A DNA stretch of 64,000 nt from the human T2T-CHM13v2.0 reference genome, Homo sapiens. The translations under genes and the position numbers were made by a program. Below the pieces are notes generated by a model. It was not told the DNA's origin and did not search any database. It saw only the letters and a program-made list of their open reading frames with translations. Shown piece after piece: positions 20,703-34,349 of the stretch. Every line of letters begins with the position of its first letter. Positions within the stretch are counted from its first letter, which is position 1. The DNA lies in the NCBI RefSeq assembly GCF_009914755.1, contig NC_060944.1. The stretch is one strand, 5' to 3'.

Positions 20703-21189
20703 GAAACATGATTTTTTAAAGGTTACATTATATTTGATATTATTGATATACCATTATTTATGTATGGTTAGACATAATGATTGTTCTGTTTTTTTGCAAT
20801 GTGGTATTTTATTTATTGCATTTTCTCTGTCTTTTAGCTATTCTGTGTTTATCATCTATATAGTTCTCAAGAATCATAATCTTATCTTTTTATTAGAATG
20901 TCAAAGTTAGGTAAATGGGCTTTTAAAGAAATAACTCACAAAGATTCAACCTACAAGAAGCTTTTTGATTGTCTCTTAAATCAATGCAAGTTATATATGT
21001 TCACTTTTATAATATAGATTAAATTCTGTCAATTAAATGAGTATGCTTGTATCTTTCCTATTTGCTGATATGTTGTGAGATGATGTACAAGTCTTCATTT
21101 TGGATTAAAAGAGGCTGCAGATATGTGCAGAATGGGTATGAAAGTTTCCTTACAAGAGAGAATAAAAGGATGGTTTAACTCTTGCTAGA

Positions 21190-21410
21190 AAAACCCCAGC
21201 TTTGGCATTTGTTTGCTCAGTAACCTTGGACACTTTTTTTTGACTTATAAGAGCCTCAACTTTCTCATCTATACATTTGTGGGAGATAATATTATATAAG
21301 ATTTTGCAGATCAGATGTTAGGATTACATGGACAAAGAATATCAATTGTGTATCACAGAGTACAATATACTAGGAGTACCCATACACAATAGACTTTTTT
21401 GTTATTATTT
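21190..21410 (+). mobile_element. MIR
   Basis: 'taaccttggacac...gagcctcaactttctcatct' MIR core. Confidence 0.65.
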
Positions 21411-21549
21411 ATTCTAGATTCTATCTTAAAGCAGGTTAAATGTTAGATGTCTCTTCTGGAAATGAGGCAGAAGTGACAGAGGCCTTGAGTTATTTGACCA
21501 AGCAGTTAAAAATGTAATTATTTTTAAGTAATCCTATACCTGGCTTTTC

Positions 21550-23148
21550 TTTTTAATTTTGCATAGCTTTATTGAGATGTAATTTACATACCATAAAATT
21601 CACCTGTTTACATGTAAAATTAAATGATTTTTAGTAAATTTATAGAGATGTGCAGTTATCACCACAATTCAATTTGTGAGCCATTCCATCATACCAAAAA
21701 AGTTCTCTCAGACCCATTTGCAGTTACTCTGTGTTCCTACTTTCAACTCTAGGCAACCAGTAATCTACTTTCTGTCTCTAAAGGTTTGCCTTTTCCATAC
21801 GTTTCATATAGATGGAATCATATAATACGTAATCATTTGCCTCTAGTTTTTTTCACTTAATGTAGTGTTTTTGAGATTCATCTATGTCCTACCATGTATC
21901 AGTACTTTTTCCTTTTGATTGCCAAGTAGTATTCCACTGTGTGGACATATATATTTAGTTTGCTCATTCATCTATTGATGGACATTTGTATTGTTCCCAG
22001 TTTTTGGCTATTATAAATAATGTTGCTATACATATGCATGAATTGGTCTTTGTGTGGATATAAATTTTCAGTTCTCTAGGATATATACCTAGGAATGGAA
22101 TTACTGGATTGTATGGTAATTTATATTTAACTTTATTTATTTATTTAAAAATTTATTTAAGAACTTTAAAAAAAATTTTAAAAATTAACAGTTTTAAAAT
22201 TGTACCTATTTATGGGATGCATAGTGATGTTGCAATACATATAATGTATCGTGATCAGATCAGGGTAATTAGCATATCTATTATAAACATTTATCACTTC
22301 TTTATATTGAGGACATTCAATATCCTCCTTCTAGCTATTTGAAACTATATAGCATTGTTAAATATAGACATCCTACAGTGTTAAAGAATTGTAGAAGTTA
22401 TTCCTCCTATCTAGCTGTAATTTTGTAATCTTTAACAATTCTCTCCCTACCTCCTCATCCGCCTACTCTTCCCAGCTTCTAGTATCATCCATTCTACTTT
22501 TTACTTCTATGAGATCAACTGTTTTTAGCTTCCACACATGAATAAAAACATGCGGTGTTTAACTTTCTGGCTTATTTCACTTAACATAATGTCCTCCAGT
22601 TCCATTCATGTTGCCTCAAGTGATAAGATTTCATTATTTTTTATGAATGAATAGTATTCCGTTGTGTATATATACCACATATTCTTTATCCATTCATCTG
22701 TTGTTGAATACTTAGGTTGATTCTATATCTTGACTATTGTGGGAATGCCAATGTCTTTTCAATATAATGATTTTCCTGCCTTTTGATAAATGCCCAGTAG
22801 TGCGATTGCTCAATCATATGGTAGTCTTATTTGTAGTTTTTTTGAGGTATCTCCCTACTGTTCTCCATAGTGGTTGTACTAGTTTACATTCCCACCAACA
22901 GTGTATAAGAATTGCCTTTTCTCTGAATCCTTGCTAGCGTTTGTTATTTTTTGTTTTTCCGATAATAGCTATCATAGCTGGGGTGAGATGATATCTTATT
23001 GTGGTTTTGATTTGCATTTCTCTGATGATTAGTGACGCTGAGCATTTTTTCATTGGTCATTTCTGCATTTAACTTTAAAACAATTTTCAAACTCCCTTTC
23101 AAACTGTTTTCCAAAGTGTCTGTACCATTTTACATTTCTACCAGCAAT
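21550..23148 (-). mobile_element. L1MB 3' end, interrupted by L1MA
   Basis: 'agctttattgagatgtaatttacataccataaaattcacc'; resumes at 23067 with 'aaactgttttccaaagtg...ccattttacatt'. Confidence 0.8.
22136..23066 (-). mobile_element. L1MA3-like 3' end (5'-truncated)
   Basis: Same 3' consensus as 14030-14950; TSD atttaacttta at 22125-22135 and 23067-23077. Confidence 0.85.
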
Positions 23149-23192
23149 TGTCCTGCTTTTTTTGAGTATATTCTCATTTAGCATAAATCCCA

Positions 23193-23535
<343 letters not shown>

Positions 23536-23629
23536 TCCCCAAATATACGCACACATTTTTCAGCAAACCAGGATCTTTTGTTTACACAAACAAACAATGA
23601 GAATATCTAAAAGTTAGGACACCATGTAC

Positions 23630-23860
23630 ATAAGAATAAGCACTTTTAAGAAACTACTATGGGTAAGGCACATGACATTGTAAATACATTTTCTGTGAAT
23701 ACATAACAACCATATGAAGCAATTACTGTTATCACCTTTCACAGACTAACCAACAAGAACCACAAGGATTAATGAGGTTTCAAAGCAGTCCAGTGACTTG
23801 TGGGTAGCAGCATCAGGATTTGAACCCAGGTCCATTTGGTTCCAAAGCCAGTGCTGCACT
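23630..23860 (-). mobile_element. MIR
   Basis: 'cataacaaccatatgaag...caggatttgaacccaggtccatttggttccaaagcc'. Confidence 0.75.
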
Positions 23861-24139
23861 GACTGCCAAAGCAAGAAACAAATTCATGCTGTCTACATGA
23901 TTATCCAGATTGAGAAATAGTCTTTATTAAAGAGTGTTTAAAAATGGCTGTTAATGGCCCCAGGGATAGGCTTTCTTTCTCTTAGCCACAGCCTGTTGTC
24001 TTCACCCAAAGCAGACGGAAGGATAAGGATCAACATTTCATGGCAAATATGCTGAGAGTCTGGAACTGAAATGAAGGTTGCCTGGGGCCTCTGTGAGAGA
24101 AGGCGTCTGGAACTGTTCGGTGTGCTTCTGCTACACTGG

Positions 24140-24320
24140 CCTGCGGCCTATGCCCAGCTCTGCCTTTTTCTAGCTGTGTGACTTTGAGCACATTGGTCAA
24201 CCTCTCTGAACCTGTAGATGAAGGTGAATAACAGTTGCACATCTTGGGTGGTGGTGAGGATTTGAAGTACTTGAAATCATTAACGGGGAAGTTTCACCAC
24301 TGTGCAGTACCAAGTGCTGA
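24140..24320 (+). mobile_element. MIR
   Basis: 'cccagctctgcc...ctagctgtgtgactttgagc...aacctctctgaacct'. Confidence 0.7.
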
Positions 24321-24339
24321 CAATAGGACCCTTCCTTCC

Positions 24340-24690
24340 TGTCTTAGTCCACTGGGGCTGCTCTACCCATAATGCTATAGATTGGATGGCTTATCAACAA
24401 CAGAAATTTATGTGTCAGTTCTTGAGACTGGGAAGTCCATGATCAAGGCTGCAGCATATTCGGTGTCTGATGAGGACCCACTTTTTGGCTCATAGACAGC
24501 CATCTTGCTGTGTGTCCTCACATGGTGAAATGAGCTCTCTGGGGTCTCTTTGACAAGGGCATTAATCCCGTTCATGAGGGCTCCATCTTCATGGCCTAAT
24601 ACCTTCCAAAGGCCCCACATCCTAGTATCATCACCTTGGGGATTAAGATTTCAACGTAGGCATTTTGTGGAATCACAACCACTATGGGAC
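24340..24690 (-). mobile_element. MLT1A-type MaLR solo LTR
   Basis: 'tgtcttagtcc...gggaagtccatgatcaagg...aagggcattaatccc...atcaccttggggattaagatttcaac'. Confidence 0.85.
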
Positions 24691-25137
24691 TATAGGACTA
24701 TAAGACTTCCACACTGTCACTTTTTCTCTTTTGAGAGGCTTATGAGTGTCCTGAGCTGTCAAAAAAGAGGACTAGCCATTTAGGAGCAGTCCTGATGGGG
24801 ATCAGAAAATTCTTTGGACATGTGTGGGAGACTCTTCTGCAGGACAGTACAAGGGTGAGGTGGCTGGCAAGGGACAGCCCCTACCTGCCTGAGAAGCGAA
24901 TAGCCAGGGAAAGGAGACAAGGGCTCACCTGGCACAAGGCTTCCTGCTGTGAGCAAGGGATGGTGATTTGAACTCTCTCAGGGCTAACTGCCTCTTCCAG
25001 GTGGCCCTGCCTACAACTGAGTTCCAGATACTGTTCCAACCTCCTCTGAGCTCCATTGAGTCACTGGGCACTCCCAGCCCAGGTGACTTTCATCTCATCT
25101 CTCCAGGAGCAGGCTAGTCATCCTCTCCCTCTATCCC

Positions 25138-25308
25138 AGTGGTTCTCAACCTTGGCTGCATATTGGAATCATTTGGCAGAACATAAAAAGATAATGATGC
25201 CCAAACCCTACTCCCGGAGATCCTGATTTAATTGGCCTGGGGTGTGTCCTAGGCGTTGGAATTTTTTCCAGGTGATTCTAACATGCAGCTAGGCATGAGA
25301 GTCATTGC
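25138..25308. mobile_element. MER5A/B hAT-Charlie MITE
   Basis: 'cagtggttctcaaccttggctgc...ccaggtgattctaacatgcag...tgagagtcattg'. Confidence 0.85.
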
Positions 25309-25354
25309 TTGTTCTCACTGCAAATCAGTATCATGTCATTTTCTATCTCCAGAA

Positions 25355-26272
25355 TGAGGTGGAGCTAGCTGGCCTATACTGGTTTGTGAGAGCCCATTAT
25401 TGAAATCTCAGGAACTTTACAAACCAGTTATTAAGAATGGTCATTATTAAAAAAAAATTATGTGAACTTTCAATTAAATAAATTTGATTAGCAGCAAAGA
25501 TAATAAAGTCTCAAAACTAAGTAATTCCTAATTATTTTGCATTTTACTGTTACCTACACTTTACGTTATTTGCATCTATTGCATCTCTGTTACATAGTAT
25601 GACAATACTATATAATCATGTACTATGGTGAATCATTTCCCACTTCCACGTTCAGTGACATCATGTTAGTAGCTTGAAATAGTTCATGGTGGGAATATTT
25701 ACACCACAGACATTGGCAAACGATACAAGTCAAGGCTTTATTTATTGTTTTGCTGATTGTCTAGGCTTGAGAAAATGACAGAAGTCCTGTTAATAATGCA
25801 GATTAAACTTGAATACGTTTCATGTCTATAGCTGTTGTGAAGAGCAAAAGAACTGAGGTCATATTCTTTGAGTATTTGAAAGCTATGACATGATTCAGCA
25901 ATAAAGCAGCTCATATCATCAGTGAATAAGTATAATTTCCATATTTTTGTATTTTCACTTTAATTTTACTCTTTACTGTAGACAAAAATGTTAGCCAATA
26001 ATCATGTCTCCGCTATACTCATTTATCAATTGTAACCATAGGTTGACTGTGGGGACAAGGGCTGAGAAGGAAATCAATGAAAGTATTATGTGAGAATCAA
26101 TTAACTCTATGGAATTTATAATAAATACTGAATATCTTATTATTATTTGCAAATTGTGTGCAACATATCCTTTATATCAGTAAAATTTGTAGCAAACATC
26201 TATGTGTATATATACATCCTTTTTTTTTTCCTCGAGAACCAGTTGTTAAACTTACACTAGCATGCTACCACC
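25355..26272. mobile_element. MER63C/D-like hAT-Blackjack DNA transposon
   Basis: Termini 'ggagctagctggcctatactggtttgtgagagcc' and 'gagaaccagttgttaaac...agcatgctacca'. Confidence 0.7.
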
Positions 26273-26746
26273 TACCTCCACACCTTTCTTCAAAAGATCT
26301 TTATCCCTTGACTCACTCTCTTTTCTCCATATTCCTGATAAGGCTGTTCTTCCAGAAGCCAGAGGAAAGCCCTTTGTTATAGTCTTTACAGGTTAGCCTT
26401 CCACACCTCTTGGAGAAGAATGGGAGGGATCTGGAGGGGCAAACAGAAGATATACGACATAATTAGCTGTTTTTTAAAAATTATTAATAGATTTCAGCTG
26501 TGCCTGGAAGCACTCAATCCTCCAGTCACTCTGTGGCTAGATATTATTTCTAAACACATATGAAACCTGCTGCAACAACAAAATCTATAAAATACATGTC
26601 TGCTTTTCTTTCTACTGATGGTCCACATGGATAGTAAGAAATGCATCCACAGAGGCACTGCCCACGTCTTAAAACATGAGAGAAAAGGATAACAGCTATG
26701 AACAGCATGTTAAGGCTTAGGTTTCTTGGCATGTCCTGTGATAGTG

Positions 26747-27265
26747 TCCTTGTCATCTATTTCTGCATAACAAACCACTTAAAGACTTAATGACTCAAAA
26801 CAGTGACAAACATTTATCCTGTGCACAAGTCTGTAATTTGAATAGGGCTCCGTGGAGAAGACTTGAATCCACTCCACATAGCATTGGTTGTGGGGATTGA
26901 CTTAGGGCTGGAGGATCTAAATCCTCTATGCTCACTCCCATGGCTGGTGAATTGATGTTGGCAATCAGCTAGGAGTCCAGGGGGCTTTGGCTCCTCTTTA
27001 CGTGGCCTGGGCTTCCTTACAACATGATGGTTGGATTCCAGGGGCAAATGTTCTAAACTAGCTGAAAGCCATGTTGCCGTGTATGACTTAGCTTTAGAAG
27101 GCACATAGCATTACTTATGCTGTATTCTATTATTTGATGCAGACAAAAAGCCCCATCCAGGTTCAAGCGACTCCACATCTTAACGGGGGAGTGAGAAGTT
27201 CTGGAAGAGCATGTAGGACAGGAAATACTATTGTGACCCTTTTTAGAAATTATAATCTGTCACAG
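26747..27265 (-). mobile_element. MLT1H-like MaLR LTR
   Basis: 'ctatttctgcataacaaaccac...aaaacagtg'; ends 'aaattataatctgtcaca'. Confidence 0.75.
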
Positions 27266-28156
27266 CTAGAAAGGAAGAGAACGCCTCCCAAAACACTGCA
27301 TGTCCCTGGTGTCTTGTGTTTTGTGCAAGAAATCAGCAGGACATATTCCACGACTAGTCCAGAATGACAAGTGGTAAGAATTGAGAAATGGGGGTCAACT
27401 GAGGTGAAGGGGAAATATGTTGTTTTTACTAACAGAAATGTCTAAAGAGTTAATGATACTTCAGGTCATTTTTCAATAGACTGTAGGTATGTGAAACAGT
27501 GGAAGTGTTCCATTATGAAAAGCTTAATCGAGATAGCCAATGGAAGTATTGAAAGGTCATTACCATAATACATTTGCAGAAGAAGCGCTCCAAATCATTG
27601 TGAAACTCCATGGCCGCATACTCCACAATTACCTGGAGTAGAGAGACAGTCAGGGTGCCCCATGCCATCTCCCCCAGAATGGAAAAAGACAAGTTGCTCA
27701 CATGAGAATCCAAATGAAGTGTGTCAGAAACAAACAGTACTCACATTAGGCAGGGATAAAGTTCTAGCTGCAGAATGATTAAATACTTTTTTTTTTTAAT
27801 GGGAAGAGACCTTTTTAAACCTTTTTAAAGGTTGCGTAGATGCAGAGACTCTGAGATAAAGGGATTCTTTTCCAACCAAAGTATAGGTAGTTTTCTTTGG
27901 TTAGTTAAAGAAGCTTAAATGGACATGACCCCTAGAAGGGATCGTTTATTTTATGAAAAGCATCCAGAATATACAATCAGTTATGTGTGGTTCACACAGT
28001 TCTGTTAGCTAAAAAGGGACCAAGGTAAGATTGTGTGTCTTTTTACAGATACTATTTTGACATAATTTCTGACTTAGAGAAAAGTTGCAAAAATGCAGAA
28101 ATAATATTTACCCAGATTGCTCAGATGTTAAATGTTTACAATATTTGCTTTTTTCC

Positions 28157-28230
28157 CCTTCCTCCCTCCCTCCCTCCTTCCTTCCTTCCTTCCTTCCTTC
28201 CTTCCTTCCTTCCTTCCTTCCTTCCTTTTC
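28157..28230. repeat. (CCTT)n microsatellite derived from an Alu tail
   Basis: Direct read. Confidence 0.95.
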
Positions 28231-28234
28231 TTTT

Positions 28235-28501
28235 GTCTTTTTTTTTTTCTTTTTTTTTGAGACGGAGTCTCACTCTGTTGCCCAGGCTGGAGTGCAGTGA
28301 CAAGATCTCAGCTTACTGCAACCTCCATCTCCCAGGTTCAAGCAATTCTCTTGCCTCAGCCTACCAAGTAGCTAGGATTACAGGCACATGCCACCACAGT
28401 TGGCTAATTTTTGTATTTTTAGTAGAGACAGGATTTCACCATATTGGCCAGGCTGGTCTCAAACTCCTGACCTCAAGTGATCTGCCTGCCTCAGACTCCC
28501 A
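28235..28501 (-). mobile_element. AluS, lacking about 35 nt of its 5' end
   Basis: 'gagacggagtctcactc...ctgcctcagactccca'. Confidence 0.92.
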
Positions 28502-28594
28502 CTTTATCTCTTTCTTTCCTTTCTTCTTTCCTTTCTCCTTTCCTTCCCCTTCCCCTTCCATTTCCCCTTCCCTTCCCTCCTTTCCTTTTTCCTT

Positions 28595-28873
28595 TCAAGA
28601 CAGGCTCTTGCTCTGTTTCCCAGGCTGGAGTGCAGTGACATGATGATGACTCACTGCAACCTGGACCTCCTGGGCTCAAGCAGTCCTCCCCACTCAGTCC
28701 TAGTAGCTGAGACCATGGGCGCACACCATCACACAGGGCTAATTTTTAAATTTTTTGTAGACAAGGTATCACTGTGTTGCCCAGGCTGGTCTCAAACTCC
28801 TGGTCTCAAGTGATCTTCCCGCCTCGACTTCCCAAAGTGCTGAGATTACAGGCATGAGCCACCAGGCCTGGCC
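28595..28873 (-). mobile_element. AluJ
   Basis: 'cctcctgggctcaagcagtcctccc' AluJ-type diagnostics. Confidence 0.9.
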
Positions 28874-29989
28874 TCTTTCTCTTTAATCTATCTCTATCTG
28901 TATCTCTGTCTCTGTCTCTACCTCTATCTCTCTCTCTACCTCTGGCTCTTTCTCTATATCATAAACATATAGTCTGCATCTATGTCTATATGTCTAGGAA
29001 GAGAAATATACATACAGATAGATATGTGTTTGCATCAGATATAAGTGATGATTTTTCAGAACCATTTAAGAGTAAGTTGCAGACAGGATGTCCCTTTATC
29101 CCTAAATACAATGTTTATTTACTAAAAACAAATTCTCAAATTTTCTTACATAATGAAAACACAAGTATCATAACTAGAAAATTAAAATTAATATAATGTT
29201 ACTATCTAATATAAAGACTTCATTCAAATTTTTCTATTTTTCCCAATAATGTTCTTTATAGTAAAATAAAATTTAAGACCATGTGTTTTTTATAGTAAAA
29301 TGAAATCTAAGATCAAACATAAAACTGATGTCTTGATAAACTCAGTTCTGTTACTGTACCTGAAAAATGGGTCGATAGACATATAAACTCTTAGTTATAT
29401 TTGCAAAGTCACAGAGAACCCATTTTAAAATGGCCTTCCCTGGGCATGTTAGGCTGAAACCTACAACTCTTTTTGTTGGGCCAGGCAGAGAAGAATTTCT
29501 TGTTGGGATTCCTAGAAGACTGGCACTACACTTAGTGTACAGGCAATACTTGTTAAATGTTTATTTAACACTGAATAAGTATTAACATTGTAACATTAAG
29601 CATTATATGTTTAATGTAATTAATATAATGTAATTAGTTATGTAATATAATTAATGTAACCTAATGTAATATAATTATATGTAAATAGTATAACATTAAA
29701 CAACCAAACCTAGAAAAAAACTCAGATTTAAAAGTAGTTTCTGTATCACCTAAGAATAAAAATATTTTAAACCTAAGTCATCCGGGGCTTGAATTTTCTA
29801 ATTGAAAATTAGAGGCTTAGGAGGATGTTAAAAAAATCTTTATATTACTTGGGTATCATTGGGTGAACTGTGATGTTATTTATAATAGTTGTCACAATCA
29901 CCTTTGAAATTCTAGCAACTCTGACACATTGAGGAGAATAAACAGATTTTTCTCCTTATCAAAACTAGTCCTTTTACTAGAATCTAAAG

Positions 29990-30400
29990 CTGTCCTTCGG
30001 ATTCAGACTGAGGACACTGTGACTACTGAGGCAAGGATGTGAATGCCAGGGGTGTGTGTAGAAGGTGAGCCCAGGAAGCACTGGTAGGAGAGTCAAGATG
30101 TGAGACAGGAAAAGGTAGAAACAAATAAAGAGTGAATTATCTAGTAAGTCATGACTGTGGAAAACTGGGGCTCACCCCCACTGGGCGACTCATGGAAAGA
30201 GTGAAGAACAGAGTTCTATGGAGTTATTCCAACAGAGAGTCCAGGAAGCTAGTGTATTTATGTACCCAATCCCACCGGTTGCTGGTGAAAGCCTGCTGCC
30301 AACAATACTAAGGCCCCAGCATATCCAGTCTGCCTCATGTGAGGGGCTAATGGTCTCTGGCAGCCTGCAAAATCCCTCTTGCAAGGGCTCCCAGAGGCTT
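29990..30400 (-). mobile_element. ERVL LTR (LTR33-like)
   Basis: 'ctgaggcaaggatgtgaatgc...aggtgagcccaggaagcactggtagg...gtgagacagg'. Confidence 0.6.
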
Positions 30401-31322
30401 ATAGCTGGAACCTGCCATGTCAGGCTGCACGGGCATGATGCTTGCCTAGGGATAGAGATGGAGCACCTTCAGCTTCTACGTTTTCCATTCCTGCCATTTG
30501 GAACCAGGTTTAATGGAATTAGAGAAGCATTTGAAAAATTAGATATTTGTTGTTTAAGAAAATATGATCAATGAAGAGTCAAACTACTTCTTCTTCTTCT
30601 TCTTTTTTAATGAAATGAACAGGTAAAAGTCCTTCTATGGCTTAGCCATCCCAGACTCCAGTAGAAATGGGTATGAAGATAATTGCATTATAGCTAACGA
30701 GTAGTGGAAAGAGTGAAGCTAACACCAATCGCTTGAGGGAACAAGTAAATTAAATGCTGATGACATTGACCAGGCAGCAAACTACATTCATTGATTATTT
30801 TAATTTTCTCTCTTCTACACTCAGTTAAACATCCATAGCAGTGGATTTCAAGGTAACTAAAAGGTTGTTTAGCATACTTTTAAAAGAGTCAGGAATAGCA
30901 GAACAAAAAGGCCCCTATCAAACAAACAAAAAAATACCTCATCTGATGTGTGTCCTCTATATGTGGGTGTACATGAGTGATTATTTGCCTCTATGTATCT
31001 GCTCCTCAGAAGGGATGCATATGTGTTTCAACAGAAAGGAAGAAAAAGAGAAAATTGACAGGTAGAACATTTGAATAAAAAAGGGAGGAATGTCCTATCC
31101 TGGGTAATTCTGTTATGTGCAGCATTTTAAAACTGTGATATTATGTGGTAGAAGGAAATAAAAACTTGAGGGGAGGATAATAAAATGAAAGTGAGAAGGT
31201 GAATTTTTGTAGTTCTGGCTTCTTAGATGTCCACTGCATTTATCTGAAAAAGGAACTCAACCTGCTTGAAAATTTAGGCTTTACAAACAAAGTAAAACAA
31301 AAACAGTTTAAAGATATTTCTA

Positions 31323-31656
31323 CTTTTAAAAAATTTTTATTTATTTATGTATTTATTTGTTTGTTTGTTTATTTTTGAGACAGAGTCTCACTCTGTTGCC
31401 CAGGCTGGAGTGCAGTGGCATGATCTTGCTCACTGCAACCTCTGCCTCCTGGGTTCAAGTGATTCTCCTGCCTCAGCCTCCCTAGTAGCTGGGATTACAG
31501 GCACGCCACCACCACGCCCGGCTAACTTTTGTATTTATAGTAGAGACAGGGTTTCACCATGTTGGCCAAGCTGGTCTCGAACTCCTGACAGGTGATCCTC
31601 CCGCCTGGGCCTCCAAAAGTGCTGGGATTTACACGTGTGAGCCACCGTGCCAGGCC
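31323..31656 (-). mobile_element. AluS
   Basis: Full Alu; TSD aaagatatttcta at 31310-31322 and 31658-31670. Confidence 0.95.
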
Positions 31657-31880
31657 AAAAGATATTTCTAAAATGACTAACTAGTTGTTGAGTTTTGATG
31701 GGGATTATACTAAATCAGAAATAGTAATCAAAATTAAAGAATTAATAAGGAAATAATTTGAGTTATAGTGAAGGGTCTTTTTAAGAGAATATAAATCCAA
31801 CCAGATGATATTTAAATATGCCTTTCTGTTTTCACCATTTAATGGCTTGTCTGGATTAAGTTGTTGAAGGACTAGGGCTG

Positions 31881-32282
31881 TGTTAGGATTTGAATGTGTC
31901 CTCACGAAAGCATGTGTTAGAAACTTAATCTCCAGGGCAATAGGGTTGGGAGGTGGGGCCTATTAGGAGGTGATTAGGACAGGAGGGTTCTGCCCTCATG
32001 AATGGATTAATGTCATTGTCATGGGAATAGGTTATTTATCTTCAAAGTTGGTTCATTATAAAAAAGCGAATTCAGTGCTCCCCTACTCCCTGCCATCCCC
32101 CTCTCACCCTCTTGCCTTCTGCCAAGGGATGACTCAGCAAGCAGGCCCTTGCCAGAGGCTGTTGCCTCAGTATTGGACTTTCCAGCCTTAAGAGCTGTGA
32201 GAAATAAAAAAATAAGTTTATTTTCTTATAAGTAACCCAGTCTCTGTTATTCTGTTAAAGTAGTGTGAAACAGATGAAGACA
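31881..32282 (+). mobile_element. MST-type MaLR solo LTR (MSTB2/C/D)
   Basis: TG...CA termini; 'gccctcatgaatggattaatg'; 5-bp TSD ggctg at 31876-31880 and 32283-32287. Confidence 0.88.
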
Positions 32283-32531
32283 GGCTGCTTTGTGAAAAGT
32301 GGTTATATGAACACAAAAGTTTATTCTTCCAGGAGCACTGTTAAGAAGAGTTAGTTGGGCCATCATTCTGGTTCTTGAACTTTAAAAAGCAGGGGAAATG
32401 TCCAAATGAAACTCTGACACTAAAGGATTCATGTTAGAAAAACGTTAATGCCAAGAGTTGTGCTAAAAAAAAATGATAATGCAGTTGTACTGGTATTAAG
32501 CACTTTCAATCCTCTATAAAAAGTGCAAACA

Positions 32532-32862
<331 letters not shown>

Positions 32863-33339
32863 TCATCCCGCTTCTCTTTTTTCATTTCTTAAGTCCTCTG
32901 AACACATCAGTGAGGTGGAGGCAGCACATTTTAAAATATGGGGCTTTCTCTATTCCCCATGAGAAAGATAAGCCTTGATTGACTTTCCCTTACTTTTATC
33001 AAACTTAAGCCAGATACATCTCAAAGTTCCATTTTGTCTTCTACTTCAGCACATGTCCTGTGCAGGAAAAGTCACTGGAATTGAGGAATTCTGGAGATAC
33101 GTCATTAGTGCTAGCACATGCTGATAACTTCTAGCTGGAACAGGGAAGAGGCTGGAAGGCATGTGTCTCCAGTGCATCCCAAAGTCCAGGGAACCTTAGT
33201 AGATAAAGATGCTGACTTCTCTTTTCTAACCATGCCTGGTCCCACAGAACCCAGCATCAGCACTTACGGGTACTGTATATAAGGCTTCAAGTCTAGATGT
33301 TTTATCTCTGTCCTTGATTCCCTGATTTTTATTCATGTA

Positions 33340-33870
33340 TTTTTTTCAGTTTTATTGAGGTATAATTGGTTTATTAGTCTGCTTTCACACTGCTATAAAG
33401 AAATACCCGAAACTGGGTAACTTATAAGAAAAGACGTTGAATTGATTCACAGTTCCACACAGCTGGGGAGGCCTCAGGAAACATGGCAGACAGTGAAGGG
33501 GAAGCAAGGACCTTCTTCACATGGCGGCAGGAGAGAGAGAATGAGTGAAGGAAGAACTTGCCAAACACGTATAAAACCATCAGATCTTGTGAGAACTCAC
33601 TCACTATCATGAGAACAGCACGGAGGGGAAACCGCCTCCATGATCCCGTCACCTCCCACCAGGTTTTTCCCTCAACACCTGGAGATTATGGGGATTACAA
33701 TTCAACATGAGATTTGAGTGGGGACACAAAGCCTAACCATATTAATTGATGAATACAAATTGTATAAATCAAGGTGTTCAACATGTTTTTATATACATAT
33801 ATATTGTGAGACACTGGCTACAATCAAGCTAGTTAACACATCTATCACCTCACATAGTTACCCTTGATTT
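33340..33870 (-). mobile_element. L1MA8/9-like 3' end split by THE1
   Basis: 'ttttattgaggtataattg' ... 'caatcaagctagttaacacatctatcacctcacatagttacc'. Confidence 0.7.
33369..33744 (-). mobile_element. THE1D-like MaLR solo LTR
   Basis: 'gctggggaggcctcaggaaac...aaaaccatcagatcttgtgagaactcactcactatcatgagaacagc...ggggacacaaagcctaaccatat'. Confidence 0.9.
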
Positions 33871-33945
33871 TTAATTTTTTATTATTTCATACACTATTAG
33901 AACAAAAACAAGGTATTGACTTGGGTTGCCATGTAAGTTCCTTAG

Positions 33946-34349
<404 letters not shown>

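Larger units (their letters stand above)
28055..29290 (-). mobile_element. L1MC4/5-like 3' end split by two Alus and CT-rich repeats
   Basis: 'gacttagagaaaagttgcaaaaat' and 'gaaccatttaagagtaagttgcagac'. Confidence 0.7.

Noticed and set aside
24750-25100. Possible degenerate LTR (also 40690-40935, 43700-44140, 45670-45860, 47385-47900)
   Set aside because: Probably old MLT1/MER remnants, but family and boundaries could not be supported by eye
28035-28643. 202-aa ORF
   Set aside because: Reads through (CCTT)n and antisense Alu; a typical spurious Alu ORF
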